DNA from: Owenia fusiformis
Taxonomy: Eukaryota
NCBI GenBank assembly: GCA_903813345.2
Contig: CAIIXF020000001.1
Location: forward strand, 15,190,001-15,254,000
Length of the DNA: 64,000 nt
Reading direction: 5' to 3'
In this document: piece after piece, positions 38,026 to 52,033 of the stretch
Layout: every line of letters begins with the position of its first letter
Position numbering within the stretch: position 1 is the stretch's first letter
Position numbers and translations under genes: made by a program
The notes under the pieces: generated by a model
Databases searched by the model: none
Told to the model about the DNA's origin: nothing
What the model saw: the letters and a program-made list of their open reading frames with translations, nothing else

Positions 38026-39324
38026 TGAAATGTAATCGTCTTAAGTATTTATGGAGCTGAAGGTTATGGTTTGGTTTGTCTTTTAAGCTGTCACGTCACA
38101 GTGACCTTGACATTACTCCTGATTTTTGATGATAGGCCTGTGGATTGCAGACAGTGAGATGTATGGCGACCGTTTTCTTTTGTGTCGGACAATTTTATTT
38201 TTGTTTTCTGGCACAGATAGGATGAGAAGGAATTGATATTGAATTTAAACCTATAATGGAATTTTTCTGCAACTTTATAAACGAGAGGATTGGACTTGTA
38301 AATATATGAGTAGATATTTCAGCAGACCATTGGATAATAGAAACACTAATAATAAGTGATAGAAAGACTTTATCGGAAGAATTCCCAGTTGGAAAGCAAG
38401 AGAACGATCGATTCACCACCAACACGTGGCAATCCATGGCCACTGCACATGATTTAGAGTGTCTTCTTTCGCAAATATACCAAATTAGGAGTAGATTAGT
38501 TCAGTTCACAACAAATTAAGTAAATTAACAGAAAGTAGCTGGGACAATATTACATTTTCCTCAAGCTTTGATGAAATCTAGAAAACAGGTGCATTTCTTT
38601 TACTTGTTTTGTGAAATAAGATAGGAAGAAAGGATAATGAAATAAAAGTAACTTGATTGTCCATTAATAAATCAATACATACATGTATACCGTACATTAT
38701 GTAATAAGCATATACATATAGAGGAGCCTCTAAAAGGGATATTCCTTGCCAGACAATTGATTTTCTGATATTGTCGCTCTTACTAGTATAAATATATCAA
38801 AAATATTTTAAAGGGTTGTCAACGTCAACTTGAAATGAAAAAGATTAGATTATCTGGAGAATTAAATCATAAACAAAATTGACAAAGAATATTTAGCTGT
38901 TTTTCCTTCTTATGCCTCCTTACCTAATGGTATATGGTTACTGATCTCTAGTTTTTTCAATGTTCCATATATGTTCCATATTCCTGTATATATATAGGGC
39001 ATCATACCCTGAAAGTATGAAATTGTATGGTTTCAATCATCAAAAGTTATGAGCATTTCATGACGAAGCACAGAAAGTTTTGGACCAGAGGGTATACAAA
39101 GTTGAGAATCGATGACATCACTTTCTGTGTGTAATCTTAAAAGGTGGCAGCTTACTTGAAATGAGCACTACATTTTTAAATAATCCCTATTGTCCATCAA
39201 AACATGCATTTTTCATTTTTGCCAAACATACTGTAGAAACTATATATGGCCATTGCTACCTTATATAATTAGGAGAACTGGTCTCGCAGGGAATATTCCT
39301 TAGAGCACCAATACAATCAATAGA

Positions 39325-39725
39325 CTAGATCCGAGTAGAAATAATTTTGATTTACGTCATAAATATTCAAAATTCAGTCAAAGTGATGTCATATTTGAAA
39401 TCTACATATAAAAGTACATCTGGAAATATGATTTAAAAATTGTTTATCAACTTGAAAATGTGACTTGTATTTCGGAGAGATTCCCTATAGACCCCATGTC
39501 ATAAGATCACAAAAAGTGAAACATCCTTTCTTGCATTAGACAGATAATATTTTCTTTCACTGGAGATATTTTAATTTGCATTACTATGATATACATATGG
39601 ATAATATGAAAATTGAACTCCTAAAACTTATACCTAGTTACCTACGATGCTATCTGACCCGAACGAGCCACCTTGGGTGGTGGGCCACCTGGTGGTGAAA
39701 CTACATGTACATACTCGCATCTGAG
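39325..39725. mobile_element. MITE family A copy
   Basis: ctagatccgagtagaaataattttgatttacgtcat ... atactcgcatctgag. Confidence 0.8.
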
Positions 39726-41699
39726 TTATTACAAACCATTGGGTTATTCTTAATAATGATCATGTAATACAGTACCAACCTTGTATTCGCGAATGCAACT
39801 AACGCCTGGCGGCTACCGGATTAACTAACCATTTTATTTAAATATAGTACCTGCCAGTATTCCATTCATATTTAAATGAATTGATCATAAAAGAGTAGGT
39901 TAATCCGGTAGCCGCTATTTGCATATATAGCAAATAGAAAAATATAGCATGCAAAACACCTTACCTGCCTATCAAAAAAAAAAATTCAATAAAAATATCC
40001 CACGAAAATCAAAAGTTCCGCTCTTTTATATTGATGGAGTGGCAATACGTCATCATAATTTGTGTATTTTGACCAATTCACCCCTACCTTGCACATCTAT
40101 CCACAGAAAATAATCACAAATAGTCAGTCTACACTTTTCTGCTATGACCACATGCTTCCCAGTTATTCTGGGCATTAATCAGAGTATTCTATCCAAAGAT
40201 GGTGCTATAGAAATCCCCAAACAGGTTTTTATTAGAACTACTTTCCTCATACCACGAAATAAACAAACTAAGTGAGGAGAGTACACTCATCATCCCAAAT
40301 CTCCATTTAGTAAGTGTTGCCATCTTTACTTTAACAGCAACGATGTTCAAAAATATAGCTTCGAACAAAAGTTCCAGAATTTGCAATATCAAGTTTATGT
40401 CTGCTGTCAGAGTGACCTAGAACTAAAATCTGTTTCAAAAACAGCTTTCAGAAGTTTGAAATATTAGACACATAATCACTACTTATTTATTAGCTCTCAC
40501 ATACTCTCTCTTTTTATTTGTATTTATATAAGGCTGAGTTTATAGATGCATACCAATTATGTATTTCCATGCAACATGGGTGATTGGTTCAAGGGCGTTA
40601 CAATACCCGGGAAATTATCGGTTCGTGCAGTACTTGTTTGTGATAGCGCCCTCTGTAGGTCACTGTGCTTATAGCCTACAGTAATACGGGGTAGGATATC
40701 GGGAATTCGGTCAGTTTCTATCCGTCGATTTCGCTATGAATTGAAGCAAGTGTGACCACTTTATCCACTTAAACAATTTGATAATTGATTAAATCTTTAA
40801 ACAAAATCGATAAACACGTTATACACTTCCTGTCTCCTTAGAAATTAGCATGTATTTATGGATTGTGTTTTCGAACAAGGCTCGACCCATACCAATAGGG
40901 AAATCCTTATGCTAATTAGTATGACGTCATATTTTCCTGGGGAATCCTAGATTTCAAAGCCTCAGTCTGTTATTGTGTCAAATGTAAACGCTCTTTTGCA
41001 GACAGAAAATTGACAGATTAGCTTTTAACTTTCAGCTTTGATGTTTAAATATTCTGTATTTCTACCGGACTTCTTGCTGAATATCATATAATGTTATAAC
41101 TTGATTTGGACAATTGCCTGATTGATCATTCTGAAATTTTGATTGTGATTCATGATTGATTGGCAAGAAAAATAATTCCTATTGTTTTCCAGCGAAGTCA
41201 AAATGTTACAGCATGAGTTATAATGTCGAGTTTGCATCATGTTAAATTCTGCTAGTGATTAGAAGTCCATGCACAAGCATACACATAAGAGACAAACACA
41301 CCCAGGCTCCAGGCCGTGGATGGAAATATAAAACTATTTAAGGCACAAACTGGTATTAATAGACCGATATGTAGTGTCTGCCATGTATTGAAGGTAAACC
41401 AATCTGCATTATTAATGTTTCTTCTATCAATACATGGATTGTGCAATAGAAAAGCAATGGCACAATCAAAAATGTGCATATCAATCGTGAATATCTCTCG
41501 GTTCAAAGCTTATTTCCAACAGAATCGTGTCAAAATATGTGTCTGAGTAACAGTTATACATTATAAGATCGCAAACTCTTACCAATTATCAGCCGAATGG
41601 CTCATTTTCAACGAAATGTCCTTAAGACAACAGCCCTGGGTCGCGCCTGAGACCAAAAACTACTTCAAATAGCCCTCCCCTAATTATATTGGATAATCA

Positions 41700-41800
41700 C
41701 ATTTATGCGTGCGTGCGCAGCTCATCCACTGAACGAAACGCCACTTCCCGCTGAAATCACCGGGTATTGATCTTTCCCTTGATTGGTTTATGACGTCATC
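41700..41800 (+). promoter_or_regulatory. Possible promoter of the RasGEF-like gene
   Basis: Local GC rise with an inverted CCAAT (gattgg) near 41781 and a CRE palindrome (tgacgtca) at 41791. A candidate non-coding exon donor AAG|gtatat lies near 42080 and an acceptor ctttcag| near 43187. Motifs only. Confidence 0.3.
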
Positions 41801-43338
41801 TAGATATTTAGGGAAAGAATATGAAAATCTTGAAACTTATTGTGTGATTTTGTGGAAATCGCCATTTGGGATTGTCTTCTCAGTTCTCAAATACTTGAAT
41901 ACAAAACTGAATATAATTAAAAAATTCAATGATGTAATAATTGATTGTGATGCCAAATAAATAAATAGTTACCATAGTTAGGAAAACTAGAACAAATTGT
42001 TTTCAGTTCGCTTGAGTTATAGACGGTCAACTTGAATATTATTCACTACTATAGGGATTTACATCAATTCAAACATAAGGTATATGACTCTGATTATTTA
42101 TATATTATACATTTCGAATTTTATCAGTCAGCTGTAAAATGTATATTTTGAATATTTTCTATCGCACATCATCACGAGAGTGATCTAATATTTCTATATA
42201 TCGTCAACAGTAACGATGTGACGTCAAATGACTGTATCACTAAGTAAAAAAATTACGTATCTAACTAAATACAATACCATGGCGTCACATTAATTGAGGC
42301 CCTAAAAATTACGTCACAGTTATTGAGGTATATTTGTTACCATGCCTACTTAAATGTTTCTTTTTGTTTTGTTAACAAAATGCAAATAAATAAAATCAGT
42401 ATATTCAGATAAATCATTTTAAGACATACAAATGTAGGTGATAAAATCGTCAATGAGCAAGGCATTGAACGAAAGTGTTGTCTCTGTGGTGCCATCGCCA
42501 TGAGCTTACTTTTGAATTTTAAATTTTTGTGTTGATAACGTCACCTTAACTAATTTATTAAATGTCGCTAAGACTGAAACTGCTTGATTTATAACAAAAA
42601 TTTATTTTTACTAGCACACTGTTGACTTTGATCGCATGCCTTAGTAGAAGTGTACAAGTTAAAATAAAGTCAGACTAAGGCATTTTTTACACTGACTAGT
42701 CATATTTATCCATCGATTAATGAAAACGTTCTAGTATAAAAACATATCTTGAATTTTCAAGATTTTTACGATGCATTGCATTGTTTAATGTTTATATTTT
42801 AGAACTTATCAAGAGTGATTGAATTCAAATAATGCTGTACGTCGATGTTCTTATGTTTATATTTAGAGTGAAGTTTTTGGTTTAGGCATGCTCTAGTATC
42901 ATGTTCTTCTAATGTTCATGTTGTTTTCATAATGTGAAATACAGTTGTAACCGTTTTGGGGGCTTGATTTTTTGGTCACCTTGTACGTTTTGACTAATTT
43001 CTCGCGATTCACTTATTTTTATACAGATATGTTAGGAATTTGGTATATTTCATTTCCCCATTGCTGATGACAGGTTGAAGATAAAACGTGTTAATTTGAT
43101 CAAAATGTTGACACTATTTATTTTATGATTAAATAATTTATTGACGAGTGACTAAGCGTGCGCTTTAAATTTGCTATTTACTTTCAGAAGTAACTTTCAA
43201 TTTTCAATTTAGAAGCTAAGTATATGCATACTTTGACACAAAGACCTACAGGCAACATTCTACTGCTGATCATTTGACCCTGCGTAAAAACTTTTCAATA
43301 CGCTTTGTTCCACATACAGAGGTGATACAGCAAAGAAT

Positions 43339-46300
43339 ATGGAGAATGACAGGAACATTGTACAAAACGTGGTAAGTTTTAAAGATAGTGATTTTGGAAG
43401 CATTGTACTGATAGAGAGTCGGTTTATAGAGGTAACCCCATCGGGTGATGCCATCAGGGTGTTATACGCAGGATTGACGCTAGACACCCTCATACTCGTG
43501 AAGCATAATCCTAAACGAATCTTGGACTACATGAACGATAGACTCGATAAAAACGACAGCCGTTTTGACTCAGATATCAATGATTATGAAATAGATAGGA
43601 TACTTCCTTTGGAAAATATGAATATTGAAATACAATGCCCGATGCTAAGAAAAATACGGCTTGAATTAAAAAACGGCGAGATGATTTATTTAGAACTAAG
43701 CGTGAGAAACTTTAAAGACATTTGGCACGAATGGGTGGATCAAATAAAGATATGCAATTCTAGGATCAACTTAACTAGTGTACATAACGTAAGTAACTCT
43801 TCGGGGGACGAGGTTATAAGTGATGCTATGGAATCTATTGAAGATCACAGGACAAAGGAACGCACTGAAAATATTGTTGATCAAGAAAAAGCTAATGTAG
43901 CACTGAAGCGAGCGGGTGTAAACGCTAGGACTCTAAGTCTGAACAACTTGATACAACTTGATCAATCCGACGACACAACAGCTAGCATGGTTAGTGAATG
44001 TGACGCTCGAGTTGGTGTTGTCAATGCGGCATTCTCAATGGATGAACATCTAGATAGCAACGGTGATAAAGTGGAAGCAAACTTAAACCAAGATGGCCAT
44101 GTACCAAATCTTTCTCCGATAAGACGTGCATCAATAGCAATACAGAATACACTCAGCCGAATATTTTCGTCTTCGCACGCATGGTATGACATTCGTGAGA
44201 AGGAGCAAATCACCGATGCAACTTCAGTTGATAATATATCAGGAAATAAAATTCAAAATGACGTCACTGATATTAATTCGATTATTGGATTAGAAACCAA
44301 TAGTGATAGCTCTTCAATTAAATCGAAAGATACACATAAACCCGGAACCTTATCTAACCACAACGAAAAACACTTGACTTCAGTGAACTCAATTAAACAT
44401 AAAGCTCTTTCGATTAATGAACAACCAGCGACATGCCAAAACAATGCCACGTGGATTAAACAAACTATTGAGAAAGAAGGAAATAATACTTGGAATGGTA
44501 ATGCAACATCGATACAAAGACTACAGACTAATTTCTCAGAGAGGTCGATTGTTATGGCAGGACGAAAAATGAGTTTGTTCGCAGGTGACTTGCTAGGTCT
44601 CCATCACCAGGCGGGTATATTTACAAACAGTTCAGCAGGTCATAGGTCATCGCTCTCAGCAATATATGACAACCCTTTAGAATTGTCATTTTATAGCACA
44701 GCTTCGCCGGAATTTCTTCATCCTTTAGAAACCAGGCAGAACATGAGGGCAACATCCCTGCCATCTATTCTACAACATAACGTCGCATTATTGAACGAAG
44801 GCCGTGGTCTGTTTCGAAAAACTAATGACAATACAGAGATGGGGTTTCATACAAAAGGGTCGTTTGAAAGGAAGGTACGTTTCTTCTTGTATTTAATACA
44901 AAAATAAGTACACCGATGCGAAATACATCTTGTATATTGACAATTGAAGCGGTCTACTTAGGTGGCTCACTTTGATTATGGCTTCATATATTCTAACATT
45001 GTTGATAATATCTCGTTCTAGATTAAAGAGGCAAGGTCAAGCTTAGGGAAAACTGATTTAGAATTTGCCAGTTATCAAAATTCGAAGTATTCGCGTCCAT
45101 CTTTGAGCATAGAACGGACGTGCAGTTCTTCTAGCATAGAGAGCATTGACGAGGTGGTAGAGAACTTCAAGAAAACAGGTATATGCTGCACAATACATGT
45201 ACACTAATGCACCAGTCACACATGATCTACGGCAACCGTACGGTGACCGTAGTTCCCCAAAATCGAGAGAAATATGCAGCATAAATGGGGACAGCAGTAC
45301 GACGTAGACTTTCTTTATCGATTTTGTGAAGCTACGACGCCGTACCACCGTAAAGCAAATGTGACAAGGCTATTTAGCTCTACGTCTATATAGGGGACGA
45401 GCGACCAAAAAACACACTCGCTCTAAAAAGCCCTAGAGTGTCGGCTAACACTTCTTTTTCAGAAACCCCATTTTGAATTGCAAAATTGCTTCATTGCAAA
45501 AATGATTCCTGCATTTCCATCGAAAATATCTTCAATATATGCTATATCGCTACTAGTCAATGTATACAATAGTACTGTCTGTTATTTACACCTACCTAAC
45601 ACATTAAGTTTTCAACCTAGTTTAATTTCCACCACGAATTGTAAACTTGAGACAATCAACTTCAGAGAGCATCCGTTAATTGCCGATCTTAAAACTACTT
45701 CGAAAATCACATCGTTAACTATTATTTCAAAAGTATGGAGTTAGTGTTTGACCTTGTCATCATTCGAATAAGATGAAAACAAAACAAAAAATAACTAATA
45801 CAAATAAATAAGTTCACATATGTACTCGCTACTGGAAACAGACGTTTTGTGTGGCCCAATGTAGTTTAGGTCATACACGCTTTAACAATTATATCAGCGG
45901 GTATATTCAATTTGCATTTTAGAACCAAAACAAAAGAGACGCATCTTGGGTAGTATGCGTAAATATGGCAAGGCAGACAGTAAAGTTGATTTAATGATGG
46001 ATGAACCTGATTATGGAATAGGTTTGTATAGTAGTACTTACAAATGGGAATCAGTCTCACGCGCACAGAAACAATAAATGTACGAATTGAGGTGTTCAGA
46101 TGTTTCCCGTTGACCATATCATCGACGACTTGTTACAGTGTAGACGGTAGTATTTCATACTTGTATGGGTTTGGGGTAGATATCACCCGGGAATATATAT
46201 CATATCTGAGGAGCGGGCAGGATATATTGCATATGTCCCGCTCTAGGCCAAATGCGGGCAGATATAATATATCCATCCCGCTCTCGGGAATTTTTTCAAA

Positions 46301-49300
46301 AGTTTAAAAAAGTTTAAAAATTTTAAAAATTTAAATTTCAGAAGTTTAAAATTTTTCAAAAAGTTTAAATGTTAGAATTCTATTGTATTGAACTGAAGGA
46401 ATATTATGAAAATGTTAAACAAAAATTGTGCTTTTACAGTATAGGCCTATCTTGTCATTTGAAAAGGTGGTAAAGATTATATCTACCCCAAACCCACTCA
46501 AGTATGAGATACACCAGTTATGTTCGGTCGGTTTTGGATACAGTGTGTATCCCGCGGGAAATATGTGTATCCCCCTCGGTCCATGCGGTCTCTCGTGAGA
46601 TACACATATTTCCCTTGGGATAAACCCTGTATCCAAAACCTCCCAGTACATAACCCTTATTTATTCTATTGGTGTTTCTGTTTTGCTTCTGAATTATGCC
46701 TACTTTAATTTGCAATTGTTGCTCGGAGTATTTTGCCGCTTTACTAAAGAAGTATTGTATTTCATCTTTTCTCTACACTTTATTACATATGAATAGATTG
46801 GTTCAATTATTGGGTTCATACCTTTTATACATTCAGATATGGAATCTCAAATAGACCATATGATGAGCAGAAAGAGAAGGTTTCATCTTGATATATCGTG
46901 TTGTCGTCGTAGAAAGTCAAATCCTCCGGATATGGTGCTACTTCAGCGGCGGAGAGGAGGGGTAACTAACATAGAATTTGCCAAATGCAAACCTGCAAAG
47001 AAAAGAACGCATAAATCGTTGGTGTAAGTTGATGATTATGAGACATATATATACTCACTGTATACTTGTATAATAGATGGGGCACCGTGGGGTCCAAAAT
47101 GTATACTCAATCTGAAATGTCTAATCATACAGAAGTTTCAAACAGAATGAATGATACAAATACACAGAGGATTTGAATGATTTTAATTCATAATTACAGT
47201 TTTAAACGTAAGCAGGTTGCTGGTGAGAGCTTGGTAGAACATGTCAGAGATGTCGACCCTGTGATCTTAGCACAAGAGATGAGTCTTATAGACAAAGAAA
47301 TGTTTGTTCACGTCGAGGATGTGGAATTCATTGATTGTGCCTGGACCAAAAAAGACAAGGTTCGAACATGCCATTATTATAGTGCGTTGTGTCCCTGTGA
47401 GATTTGTTCATTACAATTTTTAATTCAGTATCATTCTCATAAATGCCTAGGTCAACATTAGATTCAGTGATTGGCATGATTAGGGAACATGCCTTTCCTG
47501 GACAACCCGATTAGCATACATGTTGATCTGTAAGTGTGATTACCTTAAATGGGCTTATTGCTCTGAACCACTGAAATCTGCATTCCTGGCTTGAATGTTA
47601 TTGGAGATGACAGTATTCCTTATTATAAAAAATCATAAGCTATAAAGCTATACAACGTGTATGATGAGAATACGAGTTGACCATCGGGTGATTAGCAAAA
47701 GGGTAGATCTTGTTATGATGCTTCAGAAAACATGACACAACCTTGTTATGAGAGAGGTCGATGCACCACATGAGTTGTTTGTTTGCAGAGAATAATGTTT
47801 ATACATGTTTTAGTACACCAAGTCCCCCAACATTATGGCGATGATAGACTTTTTCGAGAGAGTTGCAAATCTGGTGTGTACAGAGATCTTGAGCGAAGAG
47901 ACTCCTCAACAGCGCGCCTCGGTGATGGCACAATGGATAACCGTAAGTCCACACAATGGCCATGGTGGTCTACATGGTTTCAGTTTTACCTAGTTCAGTT
48001 TCAAGTAACATTAATTTTGCCTCTAAAGCTATTAAAGGCATCTTTCAGAAGTATTCTTCAAGATCTATATCGGAAACATTTACATAATTTTTTTTACGTT
48101 ATAAGGTTGCACAACGGCTATTGAAGATGTCCAACTTTAACTCACTTCAAGCCGTACTGGGGGGTCTTCAGCTGCATCCGGTATTCAGACTTCAGGACAC
48201 CTGGGAGATACTGGAGAATAAATTCAGTAACAAATATAAGTATGTAAAACCGATCATGCCGTAGCTTTATTCTCGGTTGTTAATTTCTGAAAATCAGAAC
48301 ATCATATACATGTAGTGCAACATTTTGCTAGAAAACGATTGATAACAATTAGGAATACGTACGATCTTAATTGAAAACTACGTTTTGTTTCATAATGACT
48401 GGTAGAATCATATATATATGTATTTCATTAAGGTAAATAATCGATCGTATTATGTTCTCTACTTGTTGGGTGTACCTGGAGCTGTCAGAAATAATGAGTT
48501 ATGAAGACAACTACAGGAGTTACCGTGAGGCACTTGAAACTGCCATTAGTCGTCCACCCGCCATGCCATTCCTCGGTGTTCTCCTTCAAACTGTCCTTAC
48601 ATCACAGGCCATGCAAGCCATGAGGGCCAAGCATAATGATGCTGACACGGAGAGACAAGGTGAAAAGAATTTAACATAGGGTGGTCTTAGTGTTTTTAAA
48701 GCTTACAGAGTATTGGTTCGAAAACAACTTGGTTTGCATATAGGCTAGGCTTGATAGGCCTACCTACGTCATGAGCAAAAAGTTGAAAACTTTAATCAAG
48801 TAGGATTGGCTCCCATGGTTCCAACTCGATATTTTTAATCTCCAAGCAATTTGTTCAGTGCTGATGCCTACGGGAAAGAACGCACGACTGAACTGTAGGG
48901 AAAGTGGCCGATATTCTTGCGACCTTGACCGATATTGACGATAACAATGAAATGTCGTTAATTTTTGACATTATAAGTGACTTTGTATTAATGATCAGCG
49001 ATCCAAAAGATTTGAACTACGAGCTTTTGATCACTTCCTGTGTGTTGTGATTTTTTTGGAAATAAGACCAAAACTCGCGATTCAAATTCTGAAGTGAGAA
49101 ATGACTCTTTATAGCTATGGCCAATGAGGATTGGCTCCCAGGAACGAAACTAGATATTTTCCAACAATGAAAATGTCAGAATGTCGTTATTTTCTGAGTT
49201 TATAACTGACTATAAGTTTATAATCAACAGTCAAAAAGATTCGAACCAATATCTCGATCACTTTTTGTGTGTTTTGGAATTTTTTGTTAGGAAATAAGAC

Positions 49301-50208
49301 CAAAACTTGCGATTCAAATTCTTACAGCGTGTGTTTGAATTCGAATTTTGTAATCACGACATCTCCATATTAATTGCAATATATGGAGTTGTAACTCTTC
49401 TAATAATATATGGCAGAATATCGTATTGGAACCCTGGGACCCAATGCTCTTTGCCAATAGTTGTCCATCTAAGATATCCATTATTCTTTCAGAAGACAGC
49501 CCTTTGATATCTGGTAATAAAAGTCGACGTTCTTGCAGCTTCGAGAAGAAAAACAACAAAATAACTAATAGGAATATTGTTGAGAATAAAGTACCTCCAC
49601 AGCTAGATCTCGTATCTTCATGTGTCGTTCATACTTCAAATCAAAATGACGACATGGGTCATGTGAGTTTAGATTCCTCTCTAGAGATGCAATGTTGTGA
49701 CGTTCTAGACTATGATGTTGAAGAACAAAACGTTGAAAGTGAAGACATGGTTTTAGACTCTGTTGAATTTACGCAAGCAACGCCATATCATGAAACAAAT
49801 AAGGCAAAACGTCTGATAAAAAAGAGCAATGAGACGTTGCATAATATTCTACAGGTGAATCGCACTACTCACACTGTTAGTAAATTGTCTAACCCTCAGT
49901 TCACCCCTGATGACAACGAAAAGAAAAGATCAAGTGAAAATAAAGAATGTTCATGTGTAGCTGGAAATGACACTAGTTCAAATAGATTTAGACGTCACGT
50001 TTTGTTTAAAGAGGAAGAGAAACAAAATCAGGGATTGATGAGATATGTTGATCCTAAGGAGCTACTGTTTCAATATCAAATGTCATCTATTCATTACAAT
50101 TTCACAACTGAAAGGAATATAAGAGATTTTCTACTGCGGGCAAGTTATAACACCAATGAAGAGAACTACCACCTGTCGTGTTCATTGGAGCCTCCGAGAA
50201 AGTGCTAA
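43339..50208 (+). CDS. GARIN/FAM71-like domain plus split RasGEF (CDC25) domain protein, about 1069 aa. Exons: 43339-44874, 45022-45178, 46837-47023, 47200-47359, 47814-47942, 48106-48239, about 48469-48659, 49493-50208
   Basis: Phase-consistent GT-AG junctions except the exon-7 acceptor. RasGEF motifs: LAQEMSLID..F..V...EF...AWTKKDK, SPNI.....F.RV...V.TEIL, R......WI.VA..L....NFNSL.AV..GL....V.RL..TW, NY..YR..L, P.MPFLG and YQ....Y.F...I..FL...E..Y.LS..LEP. Confidence 0.88.
46140..46655. mobile_element. Composite hairpin-rich non-autonomous element(s) in RasGEF intron 2
   Basis: Inverted arms tttcatacttg.atgggtttggggtagata / atctaccccaaaccca.tcaagtatgaga. The adjacent hairpin ggttttggataca..tgtatccaaaacc is also found at about 59052-59138. 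Confidence 0.6.
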
Positions 50209-50526
50209 CGAATCTCATTGCGTACATTAAGTTCAGGGATGACTTAAATGCTCAAATATACATGCATGAGACACTTCACTGCCAAGCTTAAGTGAACACT
50301 GTATCTGCTAGCGCGCATGCGCTTGTCGCTGCGCTTATCATGTACGTTATATCAAAACTCGAGTATATTTACTGAATATTGCGATAACAAAGACACACTG
50401 TTTTTTGGTTTTTAGATATCAGAATATCAAAACAGAAAAATCTAAAATATTTGTTGTGAAAAAAACCTGAACTAAATGGTTCTAATCAGACAAGATTCGA
50501 GTCAAGGTTATGATTGAATCAAATAG

Positions 50527-52033
50527 CCTGGATGCGAGTAGAAATAATCTTGATTTACGTCATTAAAAATTTAAAATTCAGTCAAACTGATGTCATATTT
50601 GGAATCTATGTACAATTGCATCGAGAAATGTGGTTTAGAAAAGAGTTTATCAACTTTGAAAATTTAATCTTTGAAAATGTGACTTAGGTCGGGGATTTTC
50701 CAAATATAGACCCCATGTTGTAAAATCATAAAAAGTGAAGTATCTTTTCTTGTGCTGTGTAGATAATTTTTTTATGTCACCACCAAAAAGTGGTGACATA
50801 TTGTGGTGGTCTCCATTTTTGTGACGGCGGTTGGCGATCGGCGGTTGGTTGTTGGCGTTTTCGATCGGCGTCTGTAACACATTCTTACAACTTCCAATAA
50901 CTTAAAGCCCCCATATAAAGTTTTAACCACTTTGGCTTATATTGTAGTCTTAACCAATATTATCAAAGTGATATAGTTTTTAAAGGACTTTTTGTTCGAA
51001 ATATCGTGAATTCATTTAAAACTAACTTTTAGAGGTCACACGTATCTTTTAATATGCGATAACTCATACCAATGCATAGCATCCATCCTCACATGCTTTG
51101 CCGAAAAAGATAAGAAAATCGCTTCGTAAATAAGCGAAAAATGAACTCATCAATGCATGAAAATGGTTCAGAGAAGAATGCATTTCAAAATTCTAGTTCT
51201 CATAGAAACCAATGTTACAATAAAACATAATATATTCTTCCTTTTAACCTGGTTAGGCCATCAACATTGGTTTATTTTTGAAGTTTAGCATATTTAGAAG
51301 AAAAGAGCCACCTGAGTGAGTCATAATGACATCATTTAGGTTGCAAAATATTTTTATATGCTAAAACATTGAGGTGGCACATTAAATATGGCATTTTATT
51401 ATTGAAATAGTGTGTCCAACTTTACACGGGTACTACAACAACCCATTACAACAAATACTGTTTAGAATGACTTCAATTTTTAATTTAAAATCATCTTCAC
51501 GTTCTCTGAAGTTCAAATCTGACTTAAGATTTAAGATTTGACTTTCTTAAGGTCAAAAAAGGTCAAAAAGGTCTTTTTTCAACTAAAAAATCATCTACAA
51601 GTTCTCAAAAGTTCAAATCGGACTATAGATTTAAAGTTTGACCTTTTTCAGGGTGAAAAAAGAATTGACCATCTCAAAGTCGAAAAAGGTATTTTTTCAA
51701 CTTGCTTAAAATTGATCATTTTCTCAATTGATCAAGTTCTCAAAAGTTCAAATCAGACGATAGATTTGAGATTTAACCTTCTCAAGGTCAAAAAAAGATT
51801 CATAATATTGTGAGCAACTAGGTGATGACATTTTGTCATTTTAATGCCTTGTCTTTTACTTGACATATTTTAATTTGTATATAACTAACAGATACATAAG
51901 GGTAATATGAAAAGTGAACCACTAAAATTGACGATTATTCAAGTTTAGGGGAACTTTGTAATACCCTGCCATTCTATTTCCCCCGAATTAATCATCTGGA
52001 GCCGAAACTGGTAACTACCTACTTGCATCTGGG
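50527..52033. mobile_element. MITE A copy interrupted by a Helentron-like element
   Basis: A-family sequence breaks at agataatttt and resumes as cttttacttgacatattttaatttg. Confidence 0.8.
50768..51852 (+). mobile_element. Helentron/HINE-like non-autonomous rolling-circle element
   Basis: Inserted in a T-run without a target-site duplication. It has a 5' hairpin (tgtcaccac..gtggtgaca), a 3' subterminal inverted repeat (ggtgatgaca) plus hairpin (atgacattttgtcat), and internal tandem gttctcaaaagttcaaatc units. Confidence 0.65.

Noticed and set aside
43962-44450. Antisense ORFs within RasGEF exon 1 (and similar ORFs within the GPCR and YHYH CDS)
   Set aside because: Shadow ORFs of real coding sequence with no independent features.
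49328-49492. Earlier acceptor (cttacag at 49327) or ORF start 49426 for the last RasGEF exon
   Set aside because: In-frame TGA and TAA follow 49328. The acceptor ttctttcag| at 49493 fits phase 1.
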